Assembly (NCBI GenBank): GCA_038087875.1
Contig: CM075989.1
Coordinates: 19,346,001 to 19,410,000, forward strand
Direction: 5' to 3'
From: Malacoraja senta
Lineage: Eukaryota
DNA length: 64,000 bases
Below are positions 1-14,095 of this stretch, piece by piece. Made by a program: the position numbers and the translations under genes. A model generated the notes under the pieces. It was not told the origin of the DNA. It worked only from the letters and a program-made list of their open reading frames with translations, and did not search any database. Position 1 is the first letter of the stretch, and every line of letters begins with the position of its first letter.

Positions 1-131
1 AGTCTGAAGAAGGGTCTCGACCTGAAACGTCACCCATTCCTTCTCTCCGGAGATGCTGCCTGTCCCGCTGAATTACTCCAGCATTTTGTGTCTACTTTCA
101 ATTTAAACTAGCATCCGCAGTTCTTTCCTAC
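1..131 (+). mobile_element. Penelope-like element terminal-repeat fragment with minimal hammerhead core
   Basis: CTGAAGA(4-10)-A-GGGTCTCGACCT-GAAAC(24-28)-GTC, then the tail GATGCTGCC...TTACTCCAGCA...GCATCCGCAGTTC; the same module follows the GIY-YIG coding sequence at 14096-14635. Confidence 0.8.
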
Positions 132-262
132 ACTATTTAGGTGGCAATTTTTGTTGTTATTTCTGGTATCAGTGCAATACTAACAGTAGATTTAGTTCAA
201 GTGAAAAAGATAGTTGATGCTTATTGACGCATTGTGAGTCACAAACTGCACAAGTTTGGAAC

Positions 263-392
263 ATGTGTTGGAAGGAACTGCAGATGCTGTACAGCAGGAC
301 AGGCAGCATCTCTGGAGAGAAGGAATGGGTGACGTTTCGGGTCAAGACCCTTCTTCAGTCTGAAGTTACTCCAGCATTTTGTGTCTATCTTC
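263..392. mobile_element. Inverted pair of Penelope-derived terminal-repeat fragments
   Basis: Minus-strand copy (GACGTTTCGGGTCAAGACCCTTCTTCAG, 331-358) directly abutting a plus-strand remnant (CTGAAG-TTACTCCAGCATTTTGTGTCT). Confidence 0.7.
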
Positions 393-1416
393 AAGTTCAG
401 ATCAGTCGGACACAATAATGTTTATGAGAGAGCATTGGTCTAGTTTGTGAATTCACACTGTACATTGCAAAGCAGCAATTCATAAACTTTGTAGATTGAA
501 TATTAATACCTATATAGCTCTTGTGCTTAAACCTGTAACATAATAATTGAAGTCAATGGGGTTTACTAACAAGGATTTCTACAAGAAACTATTCAATGTT
601 TTACCTTTAATTCTGAAGCTGATTTAGTCAAGTTTAATAATCGCCATCTTCTGTTTAAATGGTAGGCTGAAAGGTTTATTTTTTTTACTCTAGCATACAC
701 CATCCAATTTGTTGTGTATCTTGATCATAATAAGAGTGGAGTTAGAGTCCATTCATTCTTCCTGCCTTCCACCATTCCATATCATAATGAGTCTTTACCT
801 CAGCCACTTGACTGTACTCACCTCATATCCCTTAATAGCTGAAGATGTATTGATCTGCTTGAGTTTATTCAGTGACTGGGCCTCTTGCATAGAGAATTCT
901 GAGGATTCTCTAATCTCTGGGTGAAGTTTCTTCATCTTCCAACTTGAATTGTCAACCTCCTATTTTGACACTGAGAACCCCGACACTGAGCAAGAGAAAA
1001 CAGTATTCCACAATCTATCCTATCAATCCACAGAAAAATTGTGCACGTTTTAATGTGATCACGTTTCATTCCACGAAACTCAAGTGCAGCGTATTGGTCG
1101 ATTTGCTTAAACAAGGTATGTGAAAAAGCAATGAGATGAGCAGCAATAATGAGTTTTAAATGACAAGGGAGCAAATTAGGTGATCACCATGTTATGTGTT
1201 GCTTTACTTACTAGTGCAAAGGTACACAAATGAACACATCATATGCTACATGATAAATCAATAAAATGAGTCATTTAGCTTTAAGCAATTCTGAGGACAC
1301 AAAAAAATACAGAGCACAAGGTGAACGAGGGTCTATATTTACTCTAGCAAATGACGAGTCAGTAACTATATATAATTGGAAAATAATTAACATAACGTTA
1401 TAATTATGTTGATTAT

Positions 1417-4400
1417 TGCAAAGGCTACTGGGGAGACTTTAAACTAGAATGGTTGGGGGGAGGGACTCAAATAGAGAATGCTATTAGACAGTGTGTGAGG
1501 CAGGAGGCAGAGAAGGAAAGCACTCAGACCCAACATGTAGGGGGGAAAGAAGAAAACAATAATAAACAGATAATAAGAGGTGGTGGGGTTCTTAAATGGG
1601 TGATCAGAGAAACAGAGGGGTGTAAAATGCGGGCGGAAGCAATAGGTAGCAAGGTAAAAAGTAAAAGTGGCAGGCAGACAAATCCAGGGCAAAAATCAAA
1701 AAGAGCCACTTTTCAACATAATTGTATAAGGGGTAAGAGCGTTGTAAAAACAAGCCTGAAGGCTTTGTGTCTCAATGCAAGGAGCATTCGTAATAAGGTG
1801 GATGAGTTGAACGTGCAGATAGCAATTAATGATTATGATATAGTTGGGATCACGGAGACATGGCTCCAGGGTGACCAAGGCTGGGAGCTGAACATCCAGG
1901 GATATTCAATATTCAGGAGGGATAGAGAGAAAGGAAAAGGAGGTGGGGTAGCGTTGCTGGTTAGAGAGGAGATTAACGCAGTGGAAAGGAAGGACATTAG
2001 CTTGGAGGATGTGGATAGAGTTGCGAAACACTAAGGGGCAGAAAACGCTGGTGGGTGTTGTGTACAGGCCACCTAGCAGTAGTAGTGAAGTTGGGGATGG
2101 CATCAAACAGGAAATTAGAAATGCGTGCAACAAAGGCAAAACAGTTATAATGGGTGACTTCAATCTACATATAGATTGGGTGAATCAAATTGGCAGGGGT
2201 GCTGAGGAAGAGGATTTCTTGGAATGTATGCGGGATAGTTATCTAAACCAACATGTAGAGGAACCAACGAGAGAGCAGGCTATTCTAGACTGGGTATTGA
2301 GTAATGAGGAAGGGTTAGTTAGCAGTCTTGTTGTGCGTGCCCCCTTGGGCAAGAGTGACCATAATATGGTTGAGTTCTTCATTAGGATGGAGAGTGACAT
2401 TGTTAATTCAGAAACAACGGTTCTGAACTTAAAGAAAGGTAACTTTGAGGGTATGAGACGTGAATTGGCCAAGATTGACTGGCAATTAGTTCTAAAAGGG
2501 TTGACGGTGGATATGCAATGGAAGGCATTTAAAGACTGCATGGATGAACTACAAAAATTGTTCATCCCAGTTTGGCAAAAGAATAAATCAGGGAAGGTAG
2601 TGCATCCGTGGATAACAAGGGAAATCAGGGATAGTATCAAAGCAAAAGATGATGCGTACAAATTAGCCAGAAAAAGCAGCATACCAGAGGACTGGGAGAA
2701 ATTCAGAGACCAGCAGAGGAGGACAAAGGGCTTAATTAGGAAAGGGAAAATAGATTATGAAAGAAAACTGGCAGGGAACATAAAAACTGACTGCAAAAGT
2801 TTTTATAGATATGTGAAGAGAAAGAGATTAGTTAAAACAAATGTAGGTCCCTTGCAGTCAGAAACAGGTGAATTGATCATGGGGAACAAGGATATGGCGG
2901 ACCAATTGAATAACTACTTTGGTTCCGTCTTCACTAAGGAAGACATAAATAATCTGCCGGAAATAGCAGGGGACTGCAGGTCAAAGGAGATGGAGGAATT
3001 GAGTGAAATCCAGGTTAGTCGGGAAGTGGTGTTGGGTAAATTGAATGGATTAAAGGCCGATAAATCACCAGGGCCAGATAGGCTGCATCCCAGAGTACTT
3101 AAGGAAGTAGCTCCAGAAATAGTGGATGCATTAGTGATAATTTTTCAAAACTCTTTAGATTCTGGAGTAGTTCCTGAGGATTGGAGGGTAGCAAACGTAA
3201 CCCCACTTTTTAAGAAGGGAGGGAGAGAGAAAACGGGGAATTACAGACCAGTTAGTCTAACATCGGTAGTGGGGAAACTGCTAGAGTCAGTTATTAAAGA
3301 TGGGATAGCAGCACATTTGGAAAGTGGTGACATCATTGGACAAAGTCAGCATGGATTTACGAAAGGTAAATCATGTCTGACGAATCTTATAGAATTTTTC
3401 GAGGATGTAACTAGTAGAGTGGATAGGGGAGAACCAGTGGATGTGTTGTATCTGGACTTTCAGAAGGCTTTCGACAAGGTACCACATAAGAGATTAGGCT
3501 ACAAACTTAAATCACACGGTATTGGGGGTTCAGTATTGATGTGGATAGAGAACTGGCTGGCAAACAGGAAGCAAAGAGTAGGAGTAAACGGGTCCTTTTC
3601 ACAATGGCAGGCAGTGACTAGTGGGGTACCGCAAGGCTCAGTGCTGGGACCCCAGCTATTTACAATTTATATTAATGATCTGGACGAGGGAATTGAAAGC
3701 AACATCTCCAAGTTTGCGGATGACACTAAGCTGGGGGGCAGTGTTAGCTGTGAGGAGGATGCTAGGAGACTGCAAGGTGACTTGGATAGGCTGGGTGAGT
3801 GGGCAAATGTTTGGCAGATGCAGTATAATGTGGATAAATGTGAGGTTATCCACTTTGGTGGCAAAATCGGGAAGGCAGACTATTATCTAAATGGTGGCCG
3901 ATTAGGAAATGGGGAGATGCAGCGAGACCTGGGTGTCATGGTACACCAGTCATTGAAAGTAGGCATGCAGGTGCAGCAGGCAGTGAAGAAAGCGAATGGT
4001 ATGTTGGCCTTCATAGCAAGAGGATTTGAGTATAGGAGCAGGGAGGTTCTACTGCAGTTGTACAGGGTCTTGGTGAGACCACACCTGGAGTATTGCGTAC
4101 AGTTTTGGTCTCCAAATCTGAGGAAGGACATTATAGCCATAGAGGGAGTGCAGAGAAGGTTCACCAGACTGATTCCTGGGAGGTCAGGACTTTCATATGA
4201 AGAAAGACTGGATAGACTTGGCTTATACTCGCTAGAATTTAGGAGATTGAGAGGGGATCTTATAGAAACGTACAAAATTTTTATGGGGTTGGACAGGCTA
4301 GATGCAGGAAGATTGTTCCCGATGTTAGGGAAGTCCAGGACAAGGGGTCACAGCTTAAGGATAAGGGGGAAATCCTTTAAGACCGAGATGAGGAAAAACT

Positions 4401-4649
4401 TTTTCACACAGAGAGTGGTGAATCTCTGGAACTCTCTGCCACAGAGGGTAGTTGAGGCCAGTTCATTGGCAATATTTAAGAGGGAGTTAGATGTGGCCCT
4501 TGTGGCTAAGGGGATCAGGGGGTATGGAGAGAAGGCAGGTACGGGATACTGAGTTGGATGATCAACCATGATCATATTGAATGGCGGTGCAGGCTCGAAG
4601 GGCCGAATGGCCTACTCCTGCACCTATTTTCTATGTTTCTATGTTTCTA
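1417..4649 (+). mobile_element. CR1-clade LINE, 5'-truncated in ORF1, near-complete ORF2
   Basis: APE motifs (LNARSIRNK, GITETWL, GDFN, SDHN), RT motifs ([34 protein letters not shown]), CR1-type C-terminus (RTRGH...FFTQRVVNLWNSLP), 3' tail of (TTCTATGT)n-type repeats. Confidence 0.97.
1453..4552 (+). pseudogene. CR1 ORF2 (APE endonuclease + reverse transcriptase), single frameshift near 2009-2020
   Basis: ORF 1453-2034 has the APE N-terminal half; ORF 2009-4552 (847 aa) continues in another frame with the rest of APE and the RT, with no further stops. Confidence 0.9.
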
Positions 4650-5949
4650 ATTATTCAAACTTCAAAGTAGGAAAGAATAATTCTCTTCAAATACAACTTT
4701 GTAATACTGCATCTAATTTCACTTCATATGTCAAGAAACAAATCACCAGTACAAACTGTATTTTTGAGGGAGTGGGAAAGAAATGCTGCTTAAACAAATG
4801 GTTTATTATAACGAAGTTCAGAATAGTAGTTAGCACGTGGAAGCCGCTATCAATTTCATAATATGAAAATAACTTGAAATGTTTGTTCCAGTTTCAAAAT
4901 CAGAGAGAAAGAAAAACAGGATAAAAACTAATGTCCAAATACATTTCGAATGATTTCAAGATAATGTAACAGAACAATAACCAGCAAAAGAAAGCAAACA
5001 TTAAAAGAAATCCCTTTATCCATTTTATCCTATAAGAAAATACAGAACACGTGAAAACTACTGGTTTAGCTCAGTGAAAATCTTGGGAGCAGAGGAAATA
5101 GCTGAGTACTGAAAAACAAGATGAGTGCTGGATGGGTTTCTTAGAAACATAGCATAAGCCAGCTAGCTCCATCCTTTATGCTGATGTCATTGTGAACATA
5201 GGCAGCTGGGAATGTTTAGTCACTAACACAACACGCCCTGTATGTCACTGCTGTGTTTAACATTATTTCACATTAACCGGATAGCTTCTAATGACATGGC
5301 CAAAATTTAAATTCCAAAATAATTTACCCAGTTACAGTTCCACACTGAACACATGTTAAATTCACACAATTCTTTTAAATGCTCTTTTATTGGCAGAGAA
5401 CTGGATACCATATGGCCTCAGGTAAACCTTACTGCAACAAATGTCTTGCTCCAAAACAATGTGTATCCAAGCACTCCACCCAAATGAAAGCATTGAGTTG
5501 TCAGCAGTGTTCACAATGGTATCATAGATCTCTACAAACTTTATAGCAACAACAGCTTTGTGTTTATCGAGTTCATTTTAAAGTAGATGGTGCGTGGCAC
5601 ATGACAGAGAAGTGAGGAATCTGAATCTCAGTCACGTAAAGGTTCTCGAGGATGATGGAAAGGAAAAAAGGAATGGGCTTTGAGAATGATCTGGTGACCT
5701 TAACATTCAGTAGATACAGTTCTAGAATTCTATTTGTTCCCCCAAATAAGTAACATATTTTCACATGAAAAATAATTACATTTGCTATATTGGTTACTTG
5801 ATGTCCGAGTTCTAGTGCTTCCCTCCCTTTCAGATTCACGTCAAAATGCAAAAACATTAATAAAGGCTTCTCTACCTGGTAATGGTCATGTCATGAATAC
5901 ACAACAGGCCAAAAGGAATGAGATTAGAAATAATATTTTTGCTCGATTC

Positions 5950-6275
5950 ACTACATACAGTCAAAGAGTCATTCAGCATGAAGTAGACCCTTCAATCCAA
6001 CTTAGTTCTGACCTACACTCATCCCACCTGCCCACATTTGGCCCACATCTCTCTAAACCTTTCATATCCACGTACCTGTCCAAAAGTCTTTTAAATGTTG
6101 CAGTACCTCAATCAACTACTTCTTTTGGCAGCTTGTACTATATACCCACCACCCTCCATGTAAACCTCTCAGGTTCCTATAAATTCTTTCTCCTCTCACT
6201 TTAAACCTATGTCCTCGAGTTCTTGATTCCCCTTAACTGGATAAAACACAGCATTCACCCCTATCTATTCCCCCC
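5950..6275 (-). mobile_element. Degenerate CR1/SINE 3'-end fragment
   Basis: Reverse complement resembles the CR1-type 3' ends at 19725-20030 and 52280-52600. Confidence 0.6.
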
Positions 6276-7212
6276 ATTTTTATGCACATAATAATAAAAA
6301 AAACATTACATAACAATGAATAAATAATATCAACTTGACATAAAGAACACTGGCTACAGGGTGCTGCCATAGTCACATTAGCTTTTTCAAGCACTGTTCT
6401 GGTACTCGGAGTTCAGAACTTAGCCTTGGCTCCCAATCAAACTCAATTAGGCAGCTCCATTACAGTTTGGTCATCTAAATAGAGGGAAATCTTGCAGTAC
6501 GGGGTCAGACATCCCAAACTTTCATGAAGTTAGACCAATTCTGATTACAGATACATCTCCAGCTCAGCCTGTTCTCCTGACTATTATTAATGTAAAGCAA
6601 ATGATAAAAAAAGATCAAATGACTTGAGAATTTGGAAAATATACTTCCATAAAATGCAAATGTAACATTTACTTTGGACCCAAATAGGTTAGAGGACCAT
6701 ATATTCCAAAACAAACCTAGAAGCACTAATGTCCAGAAAGACTCAGGGATCTATGTGCATAGTGGACAAGGATGTGATAGGATTGCTTTCAAGATATCAG
6801 GGAGAGACAAGAGTGTTTGGAAGAAATAATTTCCATTGGTTGAAAGTTCAAAATCTGGAGACATGCCTAAAAATTTGAACCAGTCTTTCCAGACAAAGTG
6901 TGGTTGGAGTTAAAATGTAACCTGTAAATTGGATTTAATGCTATGGCGATAGTTAATTTAAAATCTGTGATAGACTAGTTTTTAAAAAATGAAAAAAAAT
7001 ATGGGCAAAGGAAGGTATGTGAAGCTAAATTAATCATGATTTCACTGACGTGTGGGAAAAGGCTAGATGGGCTAAATCACTTATTCCTGTTCCTACATTG
7101 TTATGTTCACAATTCTGGTTTTGTTGGATGGTGGAATTAAATGTAGCCATTGAAAATTAAGAGATAATTCTTGTTCTGGAAGAAGTTGTGTGACTTCCAC
7201 AATGAATGGATT

Positions 7213-7355
7213 AGGAAGGAACCGCAGATGCTAATTTAAACCGAAGATAGACACAAAATGCTGGAGTATGGGTATCGAAGGAAGTCGGGTCTGAAGAAGG
7301 GTCTCGATCTGAAACGTAACCCATTCCTTCTCTCCAGAGATGCTGCCTGTCCCGA
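7213..7355. mobile_element. Inverted pair of Penelope-derived terminal-repeat fragments
   Basis: Minus-strand tail (GGAAGGAACCGCAGATGC...ATGCTGGAGTA), then plus-strand CTGAAGAAGGGTCTCGATCTGAAACGTA. Confidence 0.7.
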
Positions 7356-8439
7356 TGGACCAAGTTTCATTTGCCTGGGAGTGGTGAGAAAAGGTTCAAG
7401 TCATAACTGCAGACTGAATGTGAACAACTTGAATTAATGCATAACATTTGACTCTCATTTTCTAAGTATGTTCATAAATACTAATTAATTGTTTATCAGG
7501 CTTAATTGTAGAATTCCGCATTCAATAAGTGTGTATCATAGCAATTAATTTGTTTACTTCCAAATCAGAATAATTTGAATTGACTCCATGAAGCACATCA
7601 TTCAAGTCCAAGAAAATAGTGCATAAATCGAGATGCCAAATAACAGTTAAAAAAAAAAAAATTCAAAATGATTTTCTTTAATAAAAGTGCACTCATAGCT
7701 TACCATGTTAAGAACAGAAACAAAGTCCATTATCCACTTTACTTCAGCATGAGCTTCTTTATGAAGAGAATGTTTAATAGTACAGTGTTGGAGTTCATGA
7801 CAATCGATACACCATCTTGCTGGCTACAAAACAATGTGTGAAGACAACTGGGGTTAACCCCATTTGTTACTGCATTGTACACTATGTGCACATGGTGTCA
7901 TCCTGATATATATACACATCCATAATTAAAACTGTGCTAGTGAATTTGCAGTGGTATCAGTTTCATTATAACTGATTGGCACAGAGATGCTTGTACCTAC
8001 GAGAATAAATTATTTAATTTATTCTCTGGGGTTTGATTCTGAGAGTCTTTTAAATGACATGATTCTGATTTAATTTTAGCTGAAATATAAGCGGCATTTA
8101 GCTCCAGCAGGACCTCGTGTATTTAATCTGGCCTCCCTCTATGGAGCACGTTAGCATACTCATGGATAATTACTGCTTTACACAACTATTCTGTTCATCA
8201 GCAAGTCTGTGTCAGAGTCTGCATTTTCTTTTCATGTTTTACCATGGCAATCACTACATTCAGGCTTCGTATGACAATGCTATCTTTTCTTCCACCACAC
8301 CAAACTCAGAATTCAAGTTGCAGTGGTTAGATGAGCTAAGCAGAAAAGACTCCGATACATGATTTCTAAGACTAATCAAGAATCTGCTAACTCAGCATTT
8401 GCAGTGAAGACTGAAGTCCAATTCATCTACATCGAGCTA

Positions 8440-8571
8440 CACACAAAGACACACACAGACACAGTCACACACACACAGTCTCACACATACACACACTCTC
8501 ACATACACACACACACATGCACACACACACACACAGCCACATGCACACACACGCACACAGCCAGACGCGCG

Positions 8572-8604
<33 letters not shown>
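8440..8604. repeat. Compound (CA)n microsatellite
   Basis: Interrupted CA runs seen directly. Confidence 0.95.
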
Positions 8605-8607
<3 letters not shown>

Positions 8608-8829
8608 GTCTGTGGATCACCAGCGTCTCTGGCAAAACTGTTACTTGTGCTTTCTCATTTATACTAACAGATCTGGTTGAGTAAATATCATTACATTTTA
8701 AATTTAGTTGAGAGATATGGGACAGAAATTTAAAAAAAGAAATTGGGTAGAAAGGAAAGCAGGAGTTATCAATACACCAATGCACATCACAGTTGTGTGA
8801 ATGTTATACATTTGTTAGGAGGTACGAGA

Positions 8830-9790
8830 TTACAGATACAGGAATCTGGTGCAAAAAAAATGGAGCAATCCTGGAATAACTCAGTGGATCAGACAGCATC
8901 TGTGGAAATGAAGTGGATAGTTGGTTTCAGGTTGAGACCATTCATTTGGACTGAAAAGGAGTGAGGAAGTATCACGGAAAAGGTATCAAGAGGTGGAAGT
9001 GGGGAGACAAGAACCAGCAAATAACAGGTGGAAACAGGTGAAGAGAGATTGATTGGCAGATAAGAGCCAGATGAGAAGGGAGGGGTGTACATTGCAGAAG
9101 AGCCTGGGATGTGATAAGTAGAGAACAGAAGTCTGCAGATTCTGTAATCAGATGGGAAAGGAAGTTGAAGAGTGGAATTTAATAAAGAAGGATGGTGGCA
9201 GATCGACAATAGACAATATGTGCAGGAGTAGCCATTTGTCCCTTCGAGCCAGCACCACCATTCAGTGTGATCATGGCTGATCATCCACAATCAGTACCCC
9301 GTTCCTGCCTTCTCCCCATATCCCTTGACTCCGCTATCTTTAAGAGCTCTATCTAACTCTCTCTTGAAAGCATCCAGAGAACCGGCCTCCACCGCCCTCT
9401 GAGGCAGTGACCAAGAGTGGAAAGGGATGAGCAGTGGGGTGGTAGGTGATTCCAATGGGAGGAGTATACAAGTGATGAGCAGATGGTATACATATGGGGA
9501 GGGGAGAGAAACAGAGTGATAGGTATCTGGGGGGGGGGGGGGGGTGAGAATGCTGTGGGAGATAGCGAGTGTGTGAGAGAACCAGGGTTGATGGGGGATA
9601 CAAAAACTGAGGTGGCATGGTTTTCTTGAAATTGAAGAATGAGGTTGAGGTAGAGTATTTAGGCAGAATACTCCAGTTTGCGTTTGGCCTCAACAATGCA
9701 GTGGAGGAGTCAGAGAATAAACAGGTCGATGTGGGAAGGGGAATTAAAACGTGAGATCCAGATCTCCAGAGTGGACAGAGCTCTGGTGCT
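8830..9790 (-). mobile_element. Old Penelope-like fragment with a nested CR1 3' end (~9203-9407)
   Basis: Degenerate similarity to the 14096-14635 element; the internal segment matches the reverse complement of the CR1 3' UTR at 4500-4640. Confidence 0.55.
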
Positions 9791-12700
9791 CGACAAAGTT
9801 TTAATTTAAACAATTTTAAATGTTTTGTACTTAAGTGACAAAGTCACTTGTTGAAAACTGCAGACGTTCTAGCGTTGCACACATAATACCTTTCTTCTGA
9901 AACTGGCTGTTAAGGACTTCCATACATCAGCTTGGAAGTCTAACAAAATATGTGAGTGGGCACAGTTAATTCATTAGGCTTCCAAACAGAACTAATTCTG
10001 ATCATGCCCATTTTATTCAGAGTTGTACTTGAAAAAATGGTTGCTTGTCTCATTGTCAATGGAAAACATGAAAAAAGACTCAAATCCTGGCTTAAATTGC
10101 ATATTTATGTTAGAATGTTCTAATTTTCTGGGTGGAGGGTGTCGTGGGTGCAAGGTTATATTATTAAGACTTCACATGGATGTTAACAGAATAGGGAAGG
10201 ACAGTGCTCACAGAAGGCATGTTCTCAATGTTTGTCTCGACTCAGATGCTGCTGGATCTTCTGCACATAGCCAGCATTTTCTGTTTTTATTGCACATCTT
10301 TAGTTCCAATGTTTCTATTTAGCCTTTGGTTGAAATACTGTATACGTTTAGTGAAAGCACAGACAGTCTTGAATAGGTTATCCTCAAGAAATCATACATA
10401 GAGAGTAGGTGGTATTTGGAATGCACCGCCAGAGAATCAGGTGGAATCAGACACAAGCACTATGTTTAAGAGGCATTTAGACAGGCATTTAAATAAGCAA
10501 GACATGCAGGCAAATGGGATTAGTATAGATAAGGAAACTGGTGCTCTCTGACTGTGACTCTAAAAGTTGGAAGTTCAAATCTTGCTGACAGAGTTGTCAC
10601 GCAAATTTATTTGGTCTGGATAAAGAAGACACATCTTCTTGACCTGAAGCATCCCAGACTCTGGTGACGAGTCCTAAATATTGACAAGGGCTAATACTGA
10701 GCGGAAAAGTTCATTCCCAAAACTCGCCATGATAGCTGACAAAAATCGTAACCCCAGTTTTGCCTACTGCCAGAACAATAAGGATTTAATTGAAAACGTA
10801 AAACATCACAATCCTCTGCCCAAAGTTGAACAATGCTCTCTTTGGTTCAGCTCACCTCCTCCTAATAAAAGGTGTTACAATGGGAACCTCCACAAGTCTG
10901 AGTTTTCATGCAATAGGACCAGCATTCTTTGTTCTATCCATGTTTGTGTTCAGACATACTGTTACCATGAAACTTGCCATGACTGCTTGCCACCTCACTT
11001 TGGTTCACTCTCAACCTTCCACCGTCCCTCTGAAACCCAATGGAAGCTTGAAGACCACATCTGACCTTACACAGTATTTTATACCTTTCAGATTCAACAA
11101 TTATTTCAATAACTTTTTATCATCATTTTTGATTTTGCCCTTTTCATTTACAGCATCTCCATTCCGATTTCTTGTGTAGTAAATATTTTGCCTACATTGT
11201 CATACCCTTTTATTAATTCATCACTCTATCCCTCACTCCACATGAGCTTTTCTTCTATTCTTTCACTCTATCACCCATTGCTCTCGTTTTCCTCCAACTT
11301 CCTGCTGTTCGCACTGAATGTTAGCACTCTCGCTCCACAGACACCTGACCAGCATTTTGCACTCTTCTAGCGAAGCATCTCTTCTGGATGGCACTTAGAA
11401 TCTATACAACAAATGATCATCTGCACTGAAGCATCAGCCTTGGGATCAAAAGAGTTATGTACTTGCAATTCACCATCCATTAAGCTAATTCAGATTCATA
11501 GATAGCTCTCATTATTATAGCTCTCAAGAATTATTATTTATTTTGTTGGCCCAATTAATCTCAAATCAAACAATACCAATGTTTGACCCTCATGCAGCAT
11601 CGCCAGTCTTTTATATTTGTCTTACTACCATGTGCAAAATGGAAGTCATATTTTCTCATATCACGTTTACTATTTCATTAACCACAAAGTATGCCTAAGT
11701 CCAAGTACTATAATGGTGACACATGAAAGAGAACTGCAAATTGGATAGGCTCAGGTGCTTGGTGGCCAAATTTACCTTTAAAAGCAGTTTCATTGAAACA
11801 ACATCCATCATATCACTAGCCAGGTTTTGTCATGTCTCTCCCCCACCCCCACCCCCTCTTTCCTAGCTTTCTCCCCCCCCCCCACCCTTACAACAATTAG
11901 TCTAAAGGGTCCAAACCCAAAACATCACCCATTCATGTCTTCTACAGATGCTGCCTGACTCCAGCACTGTCTTTTTTTGGAAACCGGCATCTGCAGTTCC
12001 TTGCGTCTCCATCATAATATTGATCCAAATGCTGATAAATTAAACCACTGCATATTTTATTTCACTTCGGCATTCTTATTATTCCATTAGATGAAAAATA
12101 ATGAATATATCTTTCTATTGTCATGTTTGTGGTTTCCTCAAGTGGTGCTTTGTAGTTAGAAGTTAAATGCAATTTCTCTCCAATGAATCGTTTAAAGATG
12201 TCTTACTATGTTTTTCCAGATTCAACTTGTGAAGTGCTGGCTCTGACTGAATACTAAAAGAATAGAAAAATACACGAATAGGCCCTTTGGCCTAAAGCAC
12301 AGGAACATGCCCTTTCTCCACAATATTAGTGCCAACCATGACGCCGATCAAAACTAATCCTATCTACCTGCACAAGGTCCATTTCCTACCCGTTCATATG
12401 TCTGTCTAAATATCTCTTAACCCTCCCCTGGCAATATGCTTCAGACATTCACCACATAGCAAAGAATTTGCCTCATAAATCTCCTTTAAACCTTAAACTT
12501 TAAACCATACTTGCGCAAGGCATTTGAGAAACAGGAGATAGCACCTGCAGCTCATTTTCTACGAGTTCAACATCTCTGCTCATATAATGAGTCTTTCTCT
12601 GCCTTTCAAATCAGGTTTCTGAGAACAATTACAAACCAATCCATTGGAAATACCCCAATAACTGCTTTATGATTGCTGTGATTTGATACCATTTAATTAC

Positions 12701-14095
12701 CTCCACACTGCTTTTAAATCAACACTATTAAATTTGTTTCAAGCAAAACTGAGCAGATTCTGAAGTTATTGTAATTGTCTCATTCTCCAAATTATTGGTC
12801 TGAAATTACACTTCCCTTTGCTTTTGTGGAATTTACAACCGATACAAGAAATTGAATACCATTAAAAAAATGTTGAAATTCTATCTTTTTTTGCAGATCA
12901 AGTTAATCTTTTTCTCTATTTGAGGATTATTTCCACATATTCAATATGTTCTTAAGTATCCATGCTTCTCTGCATTTAATTTGGATAATATTTCCACTTA
13001 AGGCTAGAATTGCAACAGTAACTCAAGACCAGTTGTTAAGCCATATGTAATTTAGCTTAGTTTTGAATACCTCTAAAGTATTCTCAACTTGTACTTAATA
13101 GATTAGGTGAGCAAAGTTGGAGTGTAGAAATGTATTTTGAAAAGGTTTAGCAAACTGTGTGTCATACATAAAATTTGTAAGTATGTCAGACTACAATTTA
13201 AATGCAAGGTATACATAAATCTAGCTATCAAATAAAGTAATTCACAGCAACAGAAGTTAATATTTACAACAGCAGAGCCCTAAAGAAAACCAGTGGGCAG
13301 TAAAATGGAAAACTAAAGTGCAAAAAAAAGCAATAAAATGCTGCAGTTTGTTAGATATCATTCACTTTAATTAAAGATATATATGCTTTAAGCAAGGAAA
13401 CATTTTATAGTGTAAAAGGGCAGAAAATTAGATAAGCAATTTACATGAATCAACAGCAGATTTACATAATTATCGTTGCAATTTCCACAGTAAAAACGTA
13501 ATTAAGTACCGAGTACTGCCATTCCGGTCAAAACAACCTTCTTGAAATACAATTTACAGAAAGGTATGCAATATGCCAGATGTACACGATGATTTACAAC
13601 TCCATCAAGAAACAGATAAAAGATCAAAATATTTAAGTACAGAATAAACAATTTATGAATTTGCCAAAATTAAGTTTTGAAATTTCAAGCATACTGAAAG
13701 GAATATTTCGGAAACTAATGAAAAGTGGCATGGGTATTTTCTCAAGCAAAATTTTTACTTGGATACAGAATCTACATGACTTCTTTCTAAGGTTTAAGGG
13801 GACATCAGCCATTCCCACATCAACCAATTACAAGCCTCATGATTGCAACAGATTTCTTTATTACATGGTAAATTGTGCTGCAGTTACTATCGTAGATCTA
13901 ACCACAATCTGGATAACAATTTTATCCACTCAAAGAAAAGTTTTCCTTTTATTGAAAATGGTTTAATTCAAGTACAAATCTCCAATGGTTGTCTGCCTCT
14001 CTCATATCTATCCACCGGTTCACAATGTTGTCGGGCAAACGGGCAAAAAGCAAAGTTCAGAGGCAGGTGTCCACAAGATCTTCAACTATGTGAGG

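Noticed and set aside
2239..4575. Antisense and alternate-frame ORFs over CR1 (similar cases over Tc1, Gypsy and Rex1)
   Set aside because: Shadow frames of TE coding sequence
8359..8785. His/Thr- and Cys/Val-rich ORFs
   Set aside because: Products of the (CA)n microsatellite
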